A stretch of 64,000 bases of DNA, taken from assembly GCA_035457825.1 (NCBI GenBank), contig DATIAY010000159.1:64378-128377 (forward strand), given 5' to 3'. Both the position numbers and the translations under genes were made by a program. Positions 11,375 through 25,505 of the stretch are shown in pieces. Below the pieces are notes generated by a model. The model was given only the letters and a program-made list of their open reading frames with translations. It searched no databases and was not told the DNA's origin. This stretch comes from Candidatus Methylomirabilota bacterium (GTDB taxonomy: Bacteria; Methylomirabilota; Methylomirabilia; Rokubacteriales; CSP1-6). Positions within the stretch are counted from its first letter, which is position 1. Each line of letters starts with the position of its first letter.

Positions 11375-11727
11375 ACGCCGGAGTGAGCGCCGAGCAAAAG
11401 GTCCGGCAGGCGGCGCAGGTGGCCCTGGAGAAGAAGGCGGTGAACGTCGTCGTCCTCGATGTGCAGGGCCTGAGCGGCGTGACCGACTACTTCCTGGTGT
11501 GCAGCGGCAAGTCCACTACCCACGTCCAGACCATCAGCGACGCGATCCGGGACGGGCTCAAGGGCCTGGGGGTGCGTCCCCTGCACGCCGAGGGCGTCCC
11601 CGAGAGCGGCTGGGTCCTCCTGGATTACGGTGACGTATTGATGCATGTGTTCCTGGAGGACACCCGTCTCTACTATGCGCTAGAGCGTTTGTGGGGGGAC
11701 GCGCCGACGCTGTCATTGGAGGCCTGA
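11371..11727 (+). CDS. rsfS: Ribosomal silencing factor RsfS (iojap family)
   Basis: ALEKKAVNVVVLDVQGLSGVTDYFLVCSGKSTTHVQTI...WVLLDYGDVLMHVF. GTGA overlap with the nadD stop. Conserved nadD-rsfS pairing. Confidence 0.88.
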   Translation: MNAGVSAEQKVRQAAQVALEKKAVNVVVLDVQGLSGVTDYFLVCSGKSTTHVQTISDAIRDGLKGLGVRPLHAEGVPESGWVLLDYGDVLMHVFLEDTRLYYALERLWGDAPTLSLEA

Positions 11728-11787
11728 AGGAGTTGCGTGCCTGTGCTGTTGATGCTAGCGTAGCCCAGGGTTATTTTGGAGGTCGCG

Positions 11788-12153
11788 ATGAGAAAAGATC
11801 GGCTGGCGTCTTTCAAGAAGCGCCTGCTCGAGAAGCAGTACCAGCTGCTCGAGGAAGTGGGACGGAGCGCGCTGTACGGCAAGGACCAGGAGGACGACTC
11901 GATCAAGGATCTCGGCGACCAGGCCAACACTGCCTATACGCGCGAGTTCTTTTTCGAGCTCGGCAATGGTGATCGGCGACTCCTCCGCGACGTCGTGCTC
12001 GCGCTCCAGAAGATCGAGGACGGGTCCTTCGGCACCTGTGAGCGCTGCAGCGAGCCGATCGCCGAGAAGCGGCTCGATGCGCTTCCTTTCGCACGCTACT
12101 GTATCGATTGTCAGCGAGTAGTCGAGGAGGAGGAGCGCATGGCCACGGGCTGA
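11788..12153 (+). CDS. DksA/TraR family C4-type zinc-finger protein
   Basis: C-terminal CERCSEPIAEKRLDALPFARYCIDC, coiled-coil N-terminus and DLGDQA (DxxDxA-like) motif. GGAGG lies 5 nt upstream of the ATG at 11788. Confidence 0.8.
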   Translation: MRKDRLASFKKRLLEKQYQLLEEVGRSALYGKDQEDDSIKDLGDQANTAYTREFFFELGNGDRRLLRDVVLALQKIEDGSFGTCERCSEPIAEKRLDALPFARYCIDCQRVVEEEERMATG

Positions 12154-12189
12154 GTCCCGGGGCCTCGCGTACTCGCGCCCTCGCCCTTC

Positions 12190-13137
12190 ATGCCCGTCCT
12201 GCTCTCGTCGCTCAACGCCCTCGCCTCCGTCGGTCGCCTGATCGGCCGCGCCATCGGCGCCGTGCCGTTGACGCGCGCCGCCAGCGCCGAGGTCGCCGAG
12301 CTGCTCCGCCGGGCGGGCGAGGCTGACCGCGCCGGCCGGCGCGATGAGGCTGCCCACCTGTTCCGTCAGGTCCTGGGCCATCGTCGGAACGACGTGACGG
12401 CCCTGCGTCGTCTGCGCGACCTGGCGATCGACACGCGGAGCTGGCGGGAGGCGCTGGACCTCGCCGAGCGCCTCGTGGCTCAGGTGCCAGCCGGGGAGCG
12501 TGCGCGGGAGGCCGAGTGGGTGGCCATCATCCACTATGAGCTGGGACGCGCTGAGACCGAGCGCGCCCGTCCGGCCGCCGCCATCCCCCATTTTCGGAGC
12601 GCGCTTCGGGCCGACCGCAGCTTCGTGCCCGCCGTGCTGGCTCTCGGAGAGGCTCACGAGGCGACGGGGGATCGTCGCGAGGCTCTACGCGCCTGGGAGC
12701 GCGCGGTGGAGATGCAGCCGGCTCTGCCCGTGCTCGTTCGGCTCGAGCGGGCCTACCGCGAGGAGGGGCGGCCCAGCCGCATGATCGCGCTCTACCGGGC
12801 AGCCGTCGAGCGGGCACCCGACGACCTGGCGCTGGCCGTGGCGCTGGGACGCGTCTACTTCGAGCTCGAGATGCTCGATGAGGCCGCGGATCAGTTCGAG
12901 AAGGTGGAGGTCCGGGCCCCGGACTTGCCGGTGGTGCACGCGTTCCTGGCGGCGGTCTTCGAGCGGCGCGGGGAGACGCGAGAAGCCTTTGAAGAGTACC
13001 ATCGCGCCCTGCGGCTGAGCCACGCCTTCGACTGGCCCCACCGCTGCACCGCCTGCGGCGTGTCCGCCCCCGCTTGGCGGGAGCGCTGCCCGCAGTGCGG
13101 ACGCTGGAACGGACTGCGGCCTCTCGGAGGACGCTGA
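12190..13137 (+). CDS. TPR protein with C-terminal rubredoxin-like zinc ribbon (LapB/YciM-like)
   Basis: Multiple TPR-like repeats ending in HRCTACGVSAPAWRERCPQCGRWN. This is the same architecture as E. coli LapB. Confidence 0.65.
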   Translation: MPVLLSSLNALASVGRLIGRAIGAVPLTRAASAEVAELLRRAGEADRAGRRDEAAHLFRQVLGHRRNDVTALRRLRDLAIDTRSWREALDLAERLVAQVPAGERAREAEWVAIIHYELGRAETERARPAAAIPHFRSALRADRSFVPAVLALGEAHEATGDRREALRAWERAVEMQPALPVLVRLERAYREEGRPSRMIALYRAAVERAPDDLALAVALGRVYFELEMLDEAADQFEKVEVRAPDLPVVHAFLAAVFERRGETREAFEEYHRALRLSHAFDWPHRCTACGVSAPAWRERCPQCGRWNGLRPLGGR

Positions 13138-13166
13138 GCCTTCCATCGGCGCTCGCCGGGGGCCGA

Positions 13167-14941
<1,775 letters not shown>

Positions 14942-14952
14942 GCACGGGGACG

Positions 14953-16130
14953 GTGGCCAAGCTCACCATCGAGCGGCTCGACCTCGACGGCCGGCGCGTG
15001 TTCTTACGGGCCGACCTCAACGCACCCCTGGACGGCGGTGCCGTGAGTGACGACACCCGGCTGCGGGCCGTGGTGCCTACCATCCAGTACGCGACGAGTC
15101 GGGGCGCCGCCGTCGTCCTTGCCTCTCACCTGGGACGTCCGCAGGGTCGGCGGACGCCGGAGGCGTCGCTGCGTCCCGTGGCCGAGCGACTCGAGGCCCT
15201 GCTGGCCCAGCCCGTGCCTTTGGCTCCGGACTGTGTGGGATCCGAGGTCACCGAACGGGCCCAGGCTCTCAAGCCCGGCCAGGTGCTCATCCTCGAGAAT
15301 TTGCGCTTCCACAAAGAGGAGGAAGCCAACGACGAGGCCTTCGCTCGGGCGCTGGCCGCGCTGGGTGACTGCTACGTGAATGACGCCTTCGCCGCCGCCC
15401 ACCGAGCCCACGCCTCGATCGCCGCCATCACCAAGTTCCTGCAACCGGCCGCGGCCGGTCTGCTGATGCAGAAGGAGTTGCACGCGCTCACCCGCATCAT
15501 GGAGCGGCCGGAGCGGCCGCTGGCGGCGGTGCTGGGGGGGGCCAAGGTCTCCGACAAGCTCGCGCTGGTGGAGAACCTCTTGGCCCGCGTCGACGCCCTC
15601 CTGATCGGCGGGGGGATGGCCTTCACGTTCTTGAGCGCGCTCGGTCACGATGTGGGCCGCTCGCTGCTGGAAAGCGAGCAGATCGACACGGCCCGACGCA
15701 TCCTGGCTTCCGCCCGGCGCCGCGGCGTGCCCCTGGTGCTTCCCGTCGACGTCGTGGTGGCCGCAGGGCCGAACAGTCCCACGGGTTCAGTGGTCGGCAT
15801 TCGAGAAATACCGGCGTCCCTCATGGGTCTGGACATCGGCCCGCTCACCGTCGATCGGTTCGCGGCCATGCTCAAGCCGGCTCGGACAATCGTGTGGAAC
15901 GGCCCCCTGGGCGTCTTCGAGAAGCGCGCGTTCGCCGAGGGCACGCTCGGGGTGGCCCGGGCGGTGGCCGCCGGCCCGGGCTTCTCCGTCGTGGGCGGCG
16001 GGGACACGGTGGCTGCCGTGAACGCGGCTGGCGTGGCCGAGCGAATCGGTTACATCTCCACGGCGGGTGGGGCCTTCCTGGAGTTCCTTGAGGGGCGGTC
16101 GTTGCCCGGTGTGCAGGCCCTCACGGAGGC

Positions 16131-16134
<4 letters not shown>
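14953..16134 (+). CDS. pgk: Phosphoglycerate kinase
   Basis: RVFLRADLNAPL..., SHLGRPQG, and the STAGGAFLEFLEG C-terminus. Confidence 0.93.
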
Positions 16135-16915
<781 letters not shown>

Positions 16916-16916
<1 letters not shown>

Positions 16917-17236
16917 TGTACACGCTCCTGATCGTTCTTCATGTCATCGTGTGCTTCGGCATCGTCGGCATGGTGTTGCTCCAGTCGGGCAAAGGCGCCG
17001 ACATCGGCTCGGCCTTTGGCGGCGCCGGCACCCAGGCGGTCTTCGGGTCCATGGGCACCCCCACCATCCTGGGCAAGATCACCACCGTCATCGCCATCCT
17101 CTTCGTGATCACCTCGTTCAGCCTGGCCCTGCTGGGGGGGGAGCGTGGCGGCTCCGTGGTCCGGGAGCCAGCTCGCCCGCCGGCGGCCCCCGTGCCGTCG
17201 ACTCCTAGCCCGGCCGCGCCGGCGCCCGCCAAGTAA
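16916..17236 (+). CDS. secG: Preprotein translocase subunit SecG
   Basis: MYTLLIVLHVIVCFGIVGMVLLQSGKGADIGSAFGGAG... The ATG shares one base (16916) with the tpiA stop codon. Pro/Ala-rich C-terminal tail. Confidence 0.85.
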
Positions 17237-17237
17237 C

Positions 17238-18902
17238 GTGAACCGGTTGCCGGCTCGGGTCATCCTCGTGCTCCTGCTGTTCGGGGGAGCAGCCGCCCTG
17301 GCCGGCTGTGGCAGCGAAGTGGGCGGCGCCATCGAGGACGGGCCCGGAGCCGCCAGCGCCAAGCCGGCCTACGGCGACACGCTGGTGGAGGCGATCACCG
17401 GCAACGTCTCGGGCCTCATTCCCAACATCACGGCCGACAGCGCCTCGCACGAAATAGGCAATCTCCTTTACTCGGGGCTGGTCAAGCGCGATCGCGAGCT
17501 GAACCTGGTCGGGGACCTCGCAGAGTCATGGACCTTCAGCCCCGACTGCCTGCAGCTCACGTTCTCGCTGCGCAAGGACGTCCACTGGCACGATGGGCAG
17601 CCCTTCACCGCCGAGGACGTCATCTTCACGTACCAGACGGCGATCCACCCCAAGACCCCCACCGCCTACCGCGAGGACTTTCGCGCGGTAGAGAGCGCCG
17701 AAGTCGTGGATCCGCATACGGTGCGGGTCACGTACCGGAAACCTTACGCCAAGGCGCTGCAGAGCTGGGGCACCTGGATGCTGCCCCGCCACTTGCTCGA
17801 GCGCTTCGTGCTGGAGGGGCGCCTGCGCGACGCACCGCAGAACTGGGTGAGCCCGGTCGGTACTGGCCCCTATCGCTTCAAGGAGATGCGCTCGGGGGAG
17901 AAGATCGTCCTGGTCGCCAACCCCGATTTCTACGAGGGTCGGCCCTACGTGTCCCGTATCGTCTACCGGGTCATTCCCAGCCAGGCCACGATCTTCCTGG
18001 AGCTCAAGGCCAAGGGCGTGGACACCGCGGGCCTGACGGCGCTGCAATACCGGCGGCAGACGGAATATCCGGCCTTTCGGAAGGCGTACTGGAAGTTCCG
18101 CTACCCCAGCAACGCCTACACCTATCTGGGCTTCAATTTGAAGGATCCCCGGTTCACTGACAAGCGGGTGCGCCACGCCTTCGCCCACGCCATCAACAAA
18201 GGGGAACTGATCGAGGGCGTGCGCATGGGCATGGGCCGGGACGCTACCGGTCCCTACAAGCCGGGGACCTGGGCCTACAATCCCGAGGTTGCGCGCTATC
18301 CCTACGATCTGCAGCGCGCCCGCCGGCTGCTGGCCGAGGCGGGCTGGACCACGCGGAACGGCGAGGGGCTCCTGGTCAAGGATGGCCAACCCTTCACATT
18401 CACGCTGCTGACCAACCAGGGCAACGACGAGCGGAAGAAGATCGCCGAGATCGTGCAAGCTTCACTCAAGGAGCTAGGGGTCGGCGTGGAGATCCGCGTG
18501 CTGGAGTGGGCGTCCTTCCTCAAGGAGTACGTCAAGAAACGCCGCTTCGACGCCATCATCCTGGGCTGGGGGATCGGTCTCGACCCTGACCAGTACGAGA
18601 TCTGGCACTCCTCGAAGACCGGGCCTGACGAGCTGAACGTGATCTCCTTTAGCAACGCCGAGGTCGACCGGCTCCTGGAGCAGGGACGGCAGTCCTGCCG
18701 CGAGGTCGAGCGCAAGAAGTACTACTCCCGGATCCAGGAGATCCTGGCCGACGAGCAACCTATCGTCTTCCTGTACTTTCCCGACGCGCTGCCCGCCGTG
18801 TCCCGGCGCGTCTCCGGGATCGTCGAGTCCCCGAATGGCATCCGCTTCAACTTCACGGAGTGGTACGTTCCCACAGCCCTGCAGCGCTACACCTCCGAGT
18901 AG
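17238..18902 (+). CDS. ABC transporter substrate-binding lipoprotein, family 5 (peptide/nickel type)
   Basis: Lipobox LAGCGS after the GTG at 17238. About 550 aa, with typical family-5 segments ([11 protein letters not shown]..., [16 protein letters not shown]). Confidence 0.85.
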   Translation: MNRLPARVILVLLLFGGAAALAGCGSEVGGAIEDGPGAASAKPAYGDTLVEAITGNVSGLIPNITADSASHEIGNLLYSGLVKRDRELNLVGDLAESWTFSPDCLQLTFSLRKDVHWHDGQPFTAEDVIFTYQTAIHPKTPTAYREDFRAVESAEVVDPHTVRVTYRKPYAKALQSWGTWMLPRHLLERFVLEGRLRDAPQNWVSPVGTGPYRFKEMRSGEKIVLVANPDFYEGRPYVSRIVYRVIPSQATIFLELKAKGVDTAGLTALQYRRQTEYPAFRKAYWKFRYPSNAYTYLGFNLKDPRFTDKRVRHAFAHAINKGELIEGVRMGMGRDATGPYKPGTWAYNPEVARYPYDLQRARRLLAEAGWTTRNGEGLLVKDGQPFTFTLLTNQGNDERKKIAEIVQASLKELGVGVEIRVLEWASFLKEYVKKRRFDAIILGWGIGLDPDQYEIWHSSKTGPDELNVISFSNAEVDRLLEQGRQSCREVERKKYYSRIQEILADEQPIVFLYFPDALPAVSRRVSGIVESPNGIRFNFTEWYVPTALQRYTSE

Positions 18903-18913
18903 AATACCGGGCC

Positions 18914-19909
18914 GTGCTCTGGTACGCCCTCCGCCGCTTCGTGCTGGCCCTGCCCTTGCTCGTGGGCATCACCTTCGTATCGTTCATCGTGATCCACCTC
19001 GCCCCCGGCGACCCCCTGGAGATGCAGATGGGCGAGATGACCGCCGAGTCGAGCACCCAGGCCAAGCAGATGCTGCGCGAGTTCTACGGACTGGACAAGC
19101 CCTTACCCGTGCAGTACTGGAACTGGCTGCTCCGCCTGTCCCGTCTCGACTTCGGCCGCTCGTTCATGCCCGACGGGAGACCCGTGCTCGCGAAGATCGG
19201 GGAGCGGCTGCCCGTGACCCTGCTCCTCAATCTCGTCGAGATGATCATCATCCTGGCCCTAGCCGTCCCCATCGGGATCCTCAGCGCCACCCGCCAGTAT
19301 TCGCGCTTCGACAAGGTCACCACGGTGTTCGTCTTCGTCGGCTTCGCCACCCCTGACTTCTGGCTGGCCCTCCTGCTCATGATGCTCTTCGGCGTCCAGC
19401 TCGGCTGGCTGCCGATCTCGGGGCTGCGCTCGCTGAACTGGGAGTACTTGAGCTTCTGGCCGCAGCAGTGGGACTTCTTCAGTCACCTGATCCTGCCCAT
19501 CGTGGTGGCTACCTTCGGGGGTCTGGCCGGCTTCTCCCGTTATATGCGACAGAGCATGCTGGAGGTCATTCGGCAAGACTACATTCAGTCGGCGCGGGCC
19601 AAGGGCCTGGCCGAGCGGGTGGTCATCGGCAAGCACGCGCTGCGCAATGCCATGCTTCCCATCGTCACCATCCTGGGCCTCTCATTGCCGGGACTCATCG
19701 GAGGCAGCGTGATCGTGGAGTCGGTCTTCGCCATCCCGGGGATGGGGCAGCTGATGGTGCAGTCGGTGTTCCAGCGCGATTACCCGGTGATCATGGCCAA
19801 CCTGGTCATCGTCGCCGTGCTGACGCTGCTGGCCAACCTGGTGGCGGATCTCTCGTACGGGTTGGTCGATCCGCGGATCAGGCTGGCCGGGCGACGCGGG
19901 CGGCGATGA
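18914..19909 (+). CDS. ABC transporter permease (DppB/OppB-like)
   Basis: N-terminal [29 protein letters not shown] and an EAA-type loop ([12 protein letters not shown]). Start uncertain (18860 to 18914). Confidence 0.85.
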   Translation: MLWYALRRFVLALPLLVGITFVSFIVIHLAPGDPLEMQMGEMTAESSTQAKQMLREFYGLDKPLPVQYWNWLLRLSRLDFGRSFMPDGRPVLAKIGERLPVTLLLNLVEMIIILALAVPIGILSATRQYSRFDKVTTVFVFVGFATPDFWLALLLMMLFGVQLGWLPISGLRSLNWEYLSFWPQQWDFFSHLILPIVVATFGGLAGFSRYMRQSMLEVIRQDYIQSARAKGLAERVVIGKHALRNAMLPIVTILGLSLPGLIGGSVIVESVFAIPGMGQLMVQSVFQRDYPVIMANLVIVAVLTLLANLVADLSYGLVDPRIRLAGRRGRR

Positions 19910-20766
19910 GGGCCTTCGGGCGCGCCTTCGCCAAGAACCGGCTCGCCCTCGTGGGTGGGGCGATCGTGTTCGGCCTGGCTGTCCTCGCCATCCTGGCTCC
20001 TGTCATCTCACCCCGCGACCCCAATCGGCCTAACATCAAGAAGATCCTCGATCCCCCCTCGGCCGCCCATGCGCTGGGTACCGATCAGCTCGGGCGGGAT
20101 GTGCTCTCGCGCATGCTCTACGGAGCTCGGGTGTCGCTGGCCGTCGGCTTCGTCTCGGTCGGTATCGCCACGGCCATCGGCATCGCCCTGGGCTCGGCCG
20201 CGGGCTACCACGGTGGTCTCGTGGACGCCCTCATCATGCGGCTCGTGGATTTGATGCTGGTCTTCCCCCGGTTCTTCCTGCTTCTGGCGGTGCTGGCGTT
20301 CCTCAAGCCTTCCATCTGGACGATCATGGTGGTCATCGGGCTCACCGGGTGGATGGGGGTAACTCGGCTCGTCCGCGCCGAGTTTCTCAGCCTCAAGGAG
20401 CGGGAGTTCGTCGTCTGGTCTCAGTCGGTCGGGGCCAGCGGCTTCCGCGTCATCTGGCGTCACATCCTGCCCAACGCGATGGCTCCGGTGCTGGTGGCGA
20501 TGACCCTGGGCATTCCCGCTGCCATCCTCACCGAGTCGGGACTGTCCTTCCTGGGGCTCGGCGTGCAACCGCCGTTCGCCAGCTGGGGCAACATCCTCAA
20601 CGAGGGCAAGGACACCATCGAGATCGCATGGTGGCTCTCGCTGTACCCCGGGCTGGCGATCCTTCTCACGGTACTCTCCTACAATCTCCTCGGCGAGGGG
20701 ATCCGGGACGCGCTCGATCCCCGACTCCGCCAGGCCATCGGTCGGTTTGTCACCCGCGGACGCTGA
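19906..20766 (+). CDS. ABC transporter permease (DppC/OppC-like)
   Basis: ATGA overlap with the upstream permease. [21 protein letters not shown] is a typical OppC N-terminal motif. Confidence 0.85.
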   Translation: MRAFGRAFAKNRLALVGGAIVFGLAVLAILAPVISPRDPNRPNIKKILDPPSAAHALGTDQLGRDVLSRMLYGARVSLAVGFVSVGIATAIGIALGSAAGYHGGLVDALIMRLVDLMLVFPRFFLLLAVLAFLKPSIWTIMVVIGLTGWMGVTRLVRAEFLSLKEREFVVWSQSVGASGFRVIWRHILPNAMAPVLVAMTLGIPAAILTESGLSFLGLGVQPPFASWGNILNEGKDTIEIAWWLSLYPGLAILLTVLSYNLLGEGIRDALDPRLRQAIGRFVTRGR

Positions 20767-20775
20767 CGGTATACT
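20747..20775 (+). promoter_or_regulatory. Candidate sigma70 promoter of tRNA-Leu
   Basis: TTGTCA (20747-20752), 17-nt spacer, TATACT (20770-20775). The tRNA begins 16 nt downstream. Confidence 0.55.
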
Positions 20776-20790
20776 CGGGCCTCCACACGG

Positions 20791-20875
<85 letters not shown>

Positions 20876-20890
20876 TTGATTCGTAGATCC

Positions 20891-22603
20891 TTAGAAGGTC
20901 CCGCCGCCTCCGCCCCCGCGGCCGCCCCCGGACGATCCGCCGGAAAATCCACTCCGCCCCCCCCCACCATTGCCGCCCCCTCCGCGGGGGCCCGCGGCCA
21001 GGGCCTCGCGGACTCCGCGACCGAAGCGTTGCACATCGTCCCGGTAGGTCGACAGGGTGAAGGGCTGACGCCCCCGGTACCATGAGGGTGCGTCCACGTT
21101 CATCCCCTGGAACCGCTGGATCCACTGCTCGCTGACGCCGAGCGCAATCGCCCACGGCAGCCAGCGATGCAGGGTATCGGGCGGCAGCCGCTCGAGTCGG
21201 TCCTTCTCGGCCCGCTGGAGGAACTCCTGGAAGCCGCGCAGGTGGATCAGCAGCCTCACGCCGCGCCAGGTGCGCCGGGGCATGACCTGACCGATGCCCA
21301 GCACGATGAGGCCACTGGCCAGCACTCCGGCGGCTAGCGGCCAACGGGGGCCGTCGAAGCGCTCGAGCCCGATGAACAGCGCGCCCCCCAGGAAGACCAG
21401 GGCAACACCGAGGGCCCCCCAGCCCTGCCGGATCCAAAACGGGGAGCGCGGGAACACTCGGCGCTCGACCATCGTTCGGTAGATCGCGTCGCGGATGGGC
21501 GCGAAGACGTAGTCGCCATTACGGTGTAGCTCTGAGAGGTGGCGCTCGTTGAGGCTCAGCTCCTCGCCGAAGACCTTCCGGAGCACGGCGACCTCGAGCG
21601 GAGAGAGCCCGGGATCTCCTCCCAGGGCCCGGGCCCGGCGGAAGCGAAAATCACCGTTCCCCACGGGCTCCACGGCGATGTAGCCCCGCACACCCAGATC
21701 GACCAGAGTGGCGATGACGTCACTGGGCTCGGCCCGCTCGTCGATCAGCGTTCCCCCTTCCGCCGGGGTGAGCTCGGACGGGGGAGAATACTCGGGCTTG
21801 ATCGAGCGGTGGGTGACCGGGTCGCGTCCGTAGGCTCGCCACACCATCCCCATCCCGACCAGCGCCAGCAGCGGCAGGGCCAGCGGCCAGTTGTCGACGA
21901 CCGCCCACCAGGCCCGCCACCAGCTCGAGGGATGGACCACGGCGCCACGTGGCCAGCCCACCACGACGGTGAGTCCTTCGCGCGGCCGCAACGGCCGCCG
22001 CGCCCGGAACGTGACCTCTCCGGCGCGGCGTTCTTCCTCGTAGTCGGCGCCGGTGGCGCCCCGCACGCCGGTAAAAGCCAGGGTGCGGATGGCCCCGTTG
22101 CCGAGCCCCGGCGGCAGCACCACCGTGGCTTCCGCGTGCTGGATGGGGACCAGCCACTCGTCACCTGTCACGTTCCAGTAGAGCTCGTCGTGGCTGTCGA
22201 AGGTCAGCAGAGCCCGGCGGACCCGGTACAGGATGCGGACGGTCCTGGTGGTATCGACAGCGCCCGGCACCCACGCCTGGATCCTGACGTAGTGGTCGGG
22301 GAAAGAGACCTCCGTTTGAAGCGGCGCGTACGACTCATCGAGGACGCGGACGTCGTCGACGCGGAGATCCAGCGCGAGCCCACGACGGAACTCCCGCACG
22401 GGAATCAGGCGAATGACCCCGTTGTGATGGCCCCGGAAGGCGAAGGTGAGCACCTCCTGCACGACGACGCTGGCGTCGGGCCGGATCTCGAGGGAGACGG
22501 CGAAGCGCTCGATGGCGAACGAGCGCGCTGCCGCCGCCGGGGGGACGGCAAGAAGGGTCGCCAGCGCGATGACGGCGAGAACGGAGCCACGCCTACCTGG
22601 CAC
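20891..22603 (-). CDS. DUF2207 domain-containing membrane protein
   Basis: Signal-like N-terminus (SVLAVIALATLLAVPPAAAA), an extracytoplasmic domain, TM helices and a Gly-rich tail (GGGGNGGGGRSGFSGGSSGGGRGGGGGGTF). Located downstream of LemA. I prefer the GTG at 22603; the 775-aa track ORF runs through LemA in another frame. Confidence 0.75.
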   Translation of the reverse strand: MPGRRGSVLAVIALATLLAVPPAAAARSFAIERFAVSLEIRPDASVVVQEVLTFAFRGHHNGVIRLIPVREFRRGLALDLRVDDVRVLDESYAPLQTEVSFPDHYVRIQAWVPGAVDTTRTVRILYRVRRALLTFDSHDELYWNVTGDEWLVPIQHAEATVVLPPGLGNGAIRTLAFTGVRGATGADYEEERRAGEVTFRARRPLRPREGLTVVVGWPRGAVVHPSSWWRAWWAVVDNWPLALPLLALVGMGMVWRAYGRDPVTHRSIKPEYSPPSELTPAEGGTLIDERAEPSDVIATLVDLGVRGYIAVEPVGNGDFRFRRARALGGDPGLSPLEVAVLRKVFGEELSLNERHLSELHRNGDYVFAPIRDAIYRTMVERRVFPRSPFWIRQGWGALGVALVFLGGALFIGLERFDGPRWPLAAGVLASGLIVLGIGQVMPRRTWRGVRLLIHLRGFQEFLQRAEKDRLERLPPDTLHRWLPWAIALGVSEQWIQRFQGMNVDAPSWYRGRQPFTLSTYRDDVQRFGRGVREALAAGPRGGGGNGGGGRSGFSGGSSGGGRGGGGGGTF

Positions 22604-22663
22604 AGGCCACCCTCGCCTCACGCCGGCCTCGCGGCGTCCGCTACAACAGCCCCCGCTACAACA
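22579..22663 (+). repeat. Dispersed repeat family 2, copy X2 (3' CCGCTACAACA motif duplicated)
   Basis: 22579-22648 aligns base-for-base in length (70 nt) with 31467-31536. The 5' 37 nt have 5 mismatches, the 3' 11-mer is identical, and the middle 22 nt differ. Confidence 0.65.
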
Positions 22664-22668
22664 GACGC

Positions 22669-23232
22669 TCAGCTCCCGAAGCTCACGCGGGGCACTTGCC
22701 GGTCCTCGGGGCGCTCGAGCTCGAAATAGGCCCGCCGGGCGAAGCGGAAAAATGTGGCCACGAAGTTCGAGGGAAAGCTCTCGATGGCCGTGTTGAGATC
22801 GCGGGCCACGGCATTGTAATACCGTCGCGAGTCTTGGACCGCCCCCTCGATCTCGGTCAGCGAATGCTGAAGGCTCTGAAAGTTGCGGTTGGCCTTGAGC
22901 TGGGGGTACGCCTCGGCTAGGGCGAAGAGCTGGCGCAGCGCGGCGCTCAGCTGACCTTCGGCCTGGGCGCGCGCCTCGGGAGTGCCAGCCGCCACGGCCG
23001 CCCCGCGGGCCCGGACGACTTGCTCGAGCGTGGCTTGCTCGTGGGCGGCATAGCCTTTGACGGTCTCCACCAGATTGGGCACCAGATCGGTCCGCCGCTT
23101 GAGCTGCACGTCGATATCGGACCAGGCGGCCGCCGAGCGCTGCCGAAGTCCGATCAGCCGGTTGTACGTGACGACCGCGAACCACACCACCAGCGCGATC
23201 ACGGCGAGGAATACCCAACCGCCGAGCGTCAT
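22669..23232 (-). CDS. lemA: LemA family protein
   Basis: N-terminal TM helix followed by YNRLIGLRQRSAAAWSDIDVQLKRRTDLVPNLVETVKGYAAHE. GGGAGGA RBS. Confidence 0.9.
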   Translation of the reverse strand: MTLGGWVFLAVIALVVWFAVVTYNRLIGLRQRSAAAWSDIDVQLKRRTDLVPNLVETVKGYAAHEQATLEQVVRARGAAVAAGTPEARAQAEGQLSAALRQLFALAEAYPQLKANRNFQSLQHSLTEIEGAVQDSRRYYNAVARDLNTAIESFPSNFVATFFRFARRAYFELERPEDRQVPRVSFGS

Positions 23233-23269
23233 CTCGATCCTCCCGGAGCTATCTTAGCCGGTACCCCCG

Positions 23270-23278
23270 TGGCATAAT
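23270..23278 (+). promoter_or_regulatory. Candidate extended -10 promoter upstream of lipA
   Basis: TGgCATAAT, 24 nt upstream of the lipA GTG. No convincing -35 element. Confidence 0.3.
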
Positions 23279-23301
23279 GAAACGGTTTTTCAAAGGATTC
23301 G

Positions 23302-24203
<902 letters not shown>

Positions 24204-24207
<4 letters not shown>

Positions 24208-24557
24208 CTGAGTACAGCACGATCCTGATGGTGTTCGCCTTCGCCGCCCTCGTGGCGGGCGCGCTGCTCACACTGCCCCGGCTCCTGGCGCCGCGCCGGC
24301 TCTCTGCCGTCAAGGCCCAGCCCTTCGAGTGTGGCAAGGACCCTGTGGGCATCGCCGAGGGGCGCTTCGCGATCAAGTTCTCGACGGTGGCTATCTTCTT
24401 CATCCTGATCGACATCGAGCTGATCTTCGTGTGGCCCTGGGCCATGCTCTACCGTCAGCTGGGCTGGTTCGGCTTCGTGGAGATGATGGTGTTTCTGGGG
24501 GTGCTGATGGTTGGCTTCCTCTACATCTGGCGCAAGGGGGGGCTGGCATGGGAGTAG
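24204..24557 (+). CDS. nuoA: NADH-quinone oxidoreductase subunit A
   Basis: 117 aa with PFECG and FILIDIELIFVWPWA motifs. ATGA overlap with the lipA stop. Confidence 0.9.
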
Positions 24558-25006
24558 GCGGCTTCTTCACGTCCAAGCTCGATGAGGCCATCGGTTGGGC
24601 GCGCAAGTACTCCATCTTCCAGTATCCCTTCGTGACAGCCTGTTGCGGCATGGAGTACATGGCCACGGCCTGCTCGCACTACGACATCGATCGTTTCGGC
24701 GCCGGCCTGCCGCGCTTCTCGCCGCGCCAGGCGGACGTGCTCTTCGTGGTGGGCACCATCAGCCACAAGATGGCGCCGGTCCTCAAGCGGGTCTATGACC
24801 AGATGACCGAGCCGAAGTGGGTGGTGGCTTTCGGTGTCTGCACCTGCACCGGCGGCTTCTACGACAACTATGCCACCGTGCAAGGCATCGACACCATCAT
24901 CCCCGTCGACGTGTATATCCCGGGCTGTCCTCCCCGCCCCGAGAGCGTCATCGACGGCCTGATGAAGCTGCAGGAGAAGATCGCCGCCAGCGCCCAGAGG
25001 TTCTAG
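24548..25006 (+). CDS. nuoB: NADH-quinone oxidoreductase subunit B
   Basis: ACCGMEYMA..., GVCTCTGG and PGCPPRPE (N2 cluster cysteines). Confidence 0.93.
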   Translation: MGVGGFFTSKLDEAIGWARKYSIFQYPFVTACCGMEYMATACSHYDIDRFGAGLPRFSPRQADVLFVVGTISHKMAPVLKRVYDQMTEPKWVVAFGVCTCTGGFYDNYATVQGIDTIIPVDVYIPGCPPRPESVIDGLMKLQEKIAASAQRF

Positions 25007-25504
25007 GTGGACGGCGCAACTCTCCTGACCCTGCTGCGCGAGCGATTCGGCGCGGCCGTGGTGGATGCGCGCGCGCCCCTCGGCGAGCCCACCGCGGTCG
25101 TGGAGCGTGGCGCGATCCTCGACGTCCTGCGCTTCTGCCGGGACGACGACCGGCTGGCGTTCGCGATGCTGACCGACCTCACCGCCGTCGATTATCTGAA
25201 GTTCCCGGGCCGCGAAGACGGGCCCCGCTTCGAGATCGTCTACCAGCTCTATTCCCTGCGGCACAACCACCGTCTCCGGCTCAAGGTCCGCGTCGACGAG
25301 GACGATGCCGTGGTCCCCACCGCGGTGCCGCTCTGGCCCATCGCCAACTGGCTGGAGCGTGAGGTGTGGGACATGTTCGGCGTCCGCTTCGAGGAGCATC
25401 CGGACCTGCGCCGACTCCTCCTCTACGAGGAGTTCGCCGGGCACCCGCTCCGCAAGGACTACCCCATCAACCGGCGGCAGCCGCTCATCGGGCCCAAGAT
25501 CTGA
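25007..25504 (+). CDS. nuoC: NADH-quinone oxidoreductase subunit C
   Basis: 165 aa with the [26 protein letters not shown] motif (EEHPDL in this sequence). Confidence 0.9.
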   Translation: [165 protein letters not shown]

Positions 25505-25505
25505 C

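Noticed and set aside
11749-11777. A TTGATG-N17-TATTTT promoter upstream of the dksA-like gene.
   Set aside because: The predicted start site would fall downstream of the GGAGG RBS used by the ATG at 11788, so promoter and RBS are mutually inconsistent. The hexamers are also weak.
22604-23218. The N-terminal 205 codons of the 775-aa ORF at 20891-23218 (-).
   Set aside because: This part overlaps the LemA gene in a different frame and has no signal peptide or domain features. The DUF2207-like protein begins with a signal-like sequence at the GTG at 22603.
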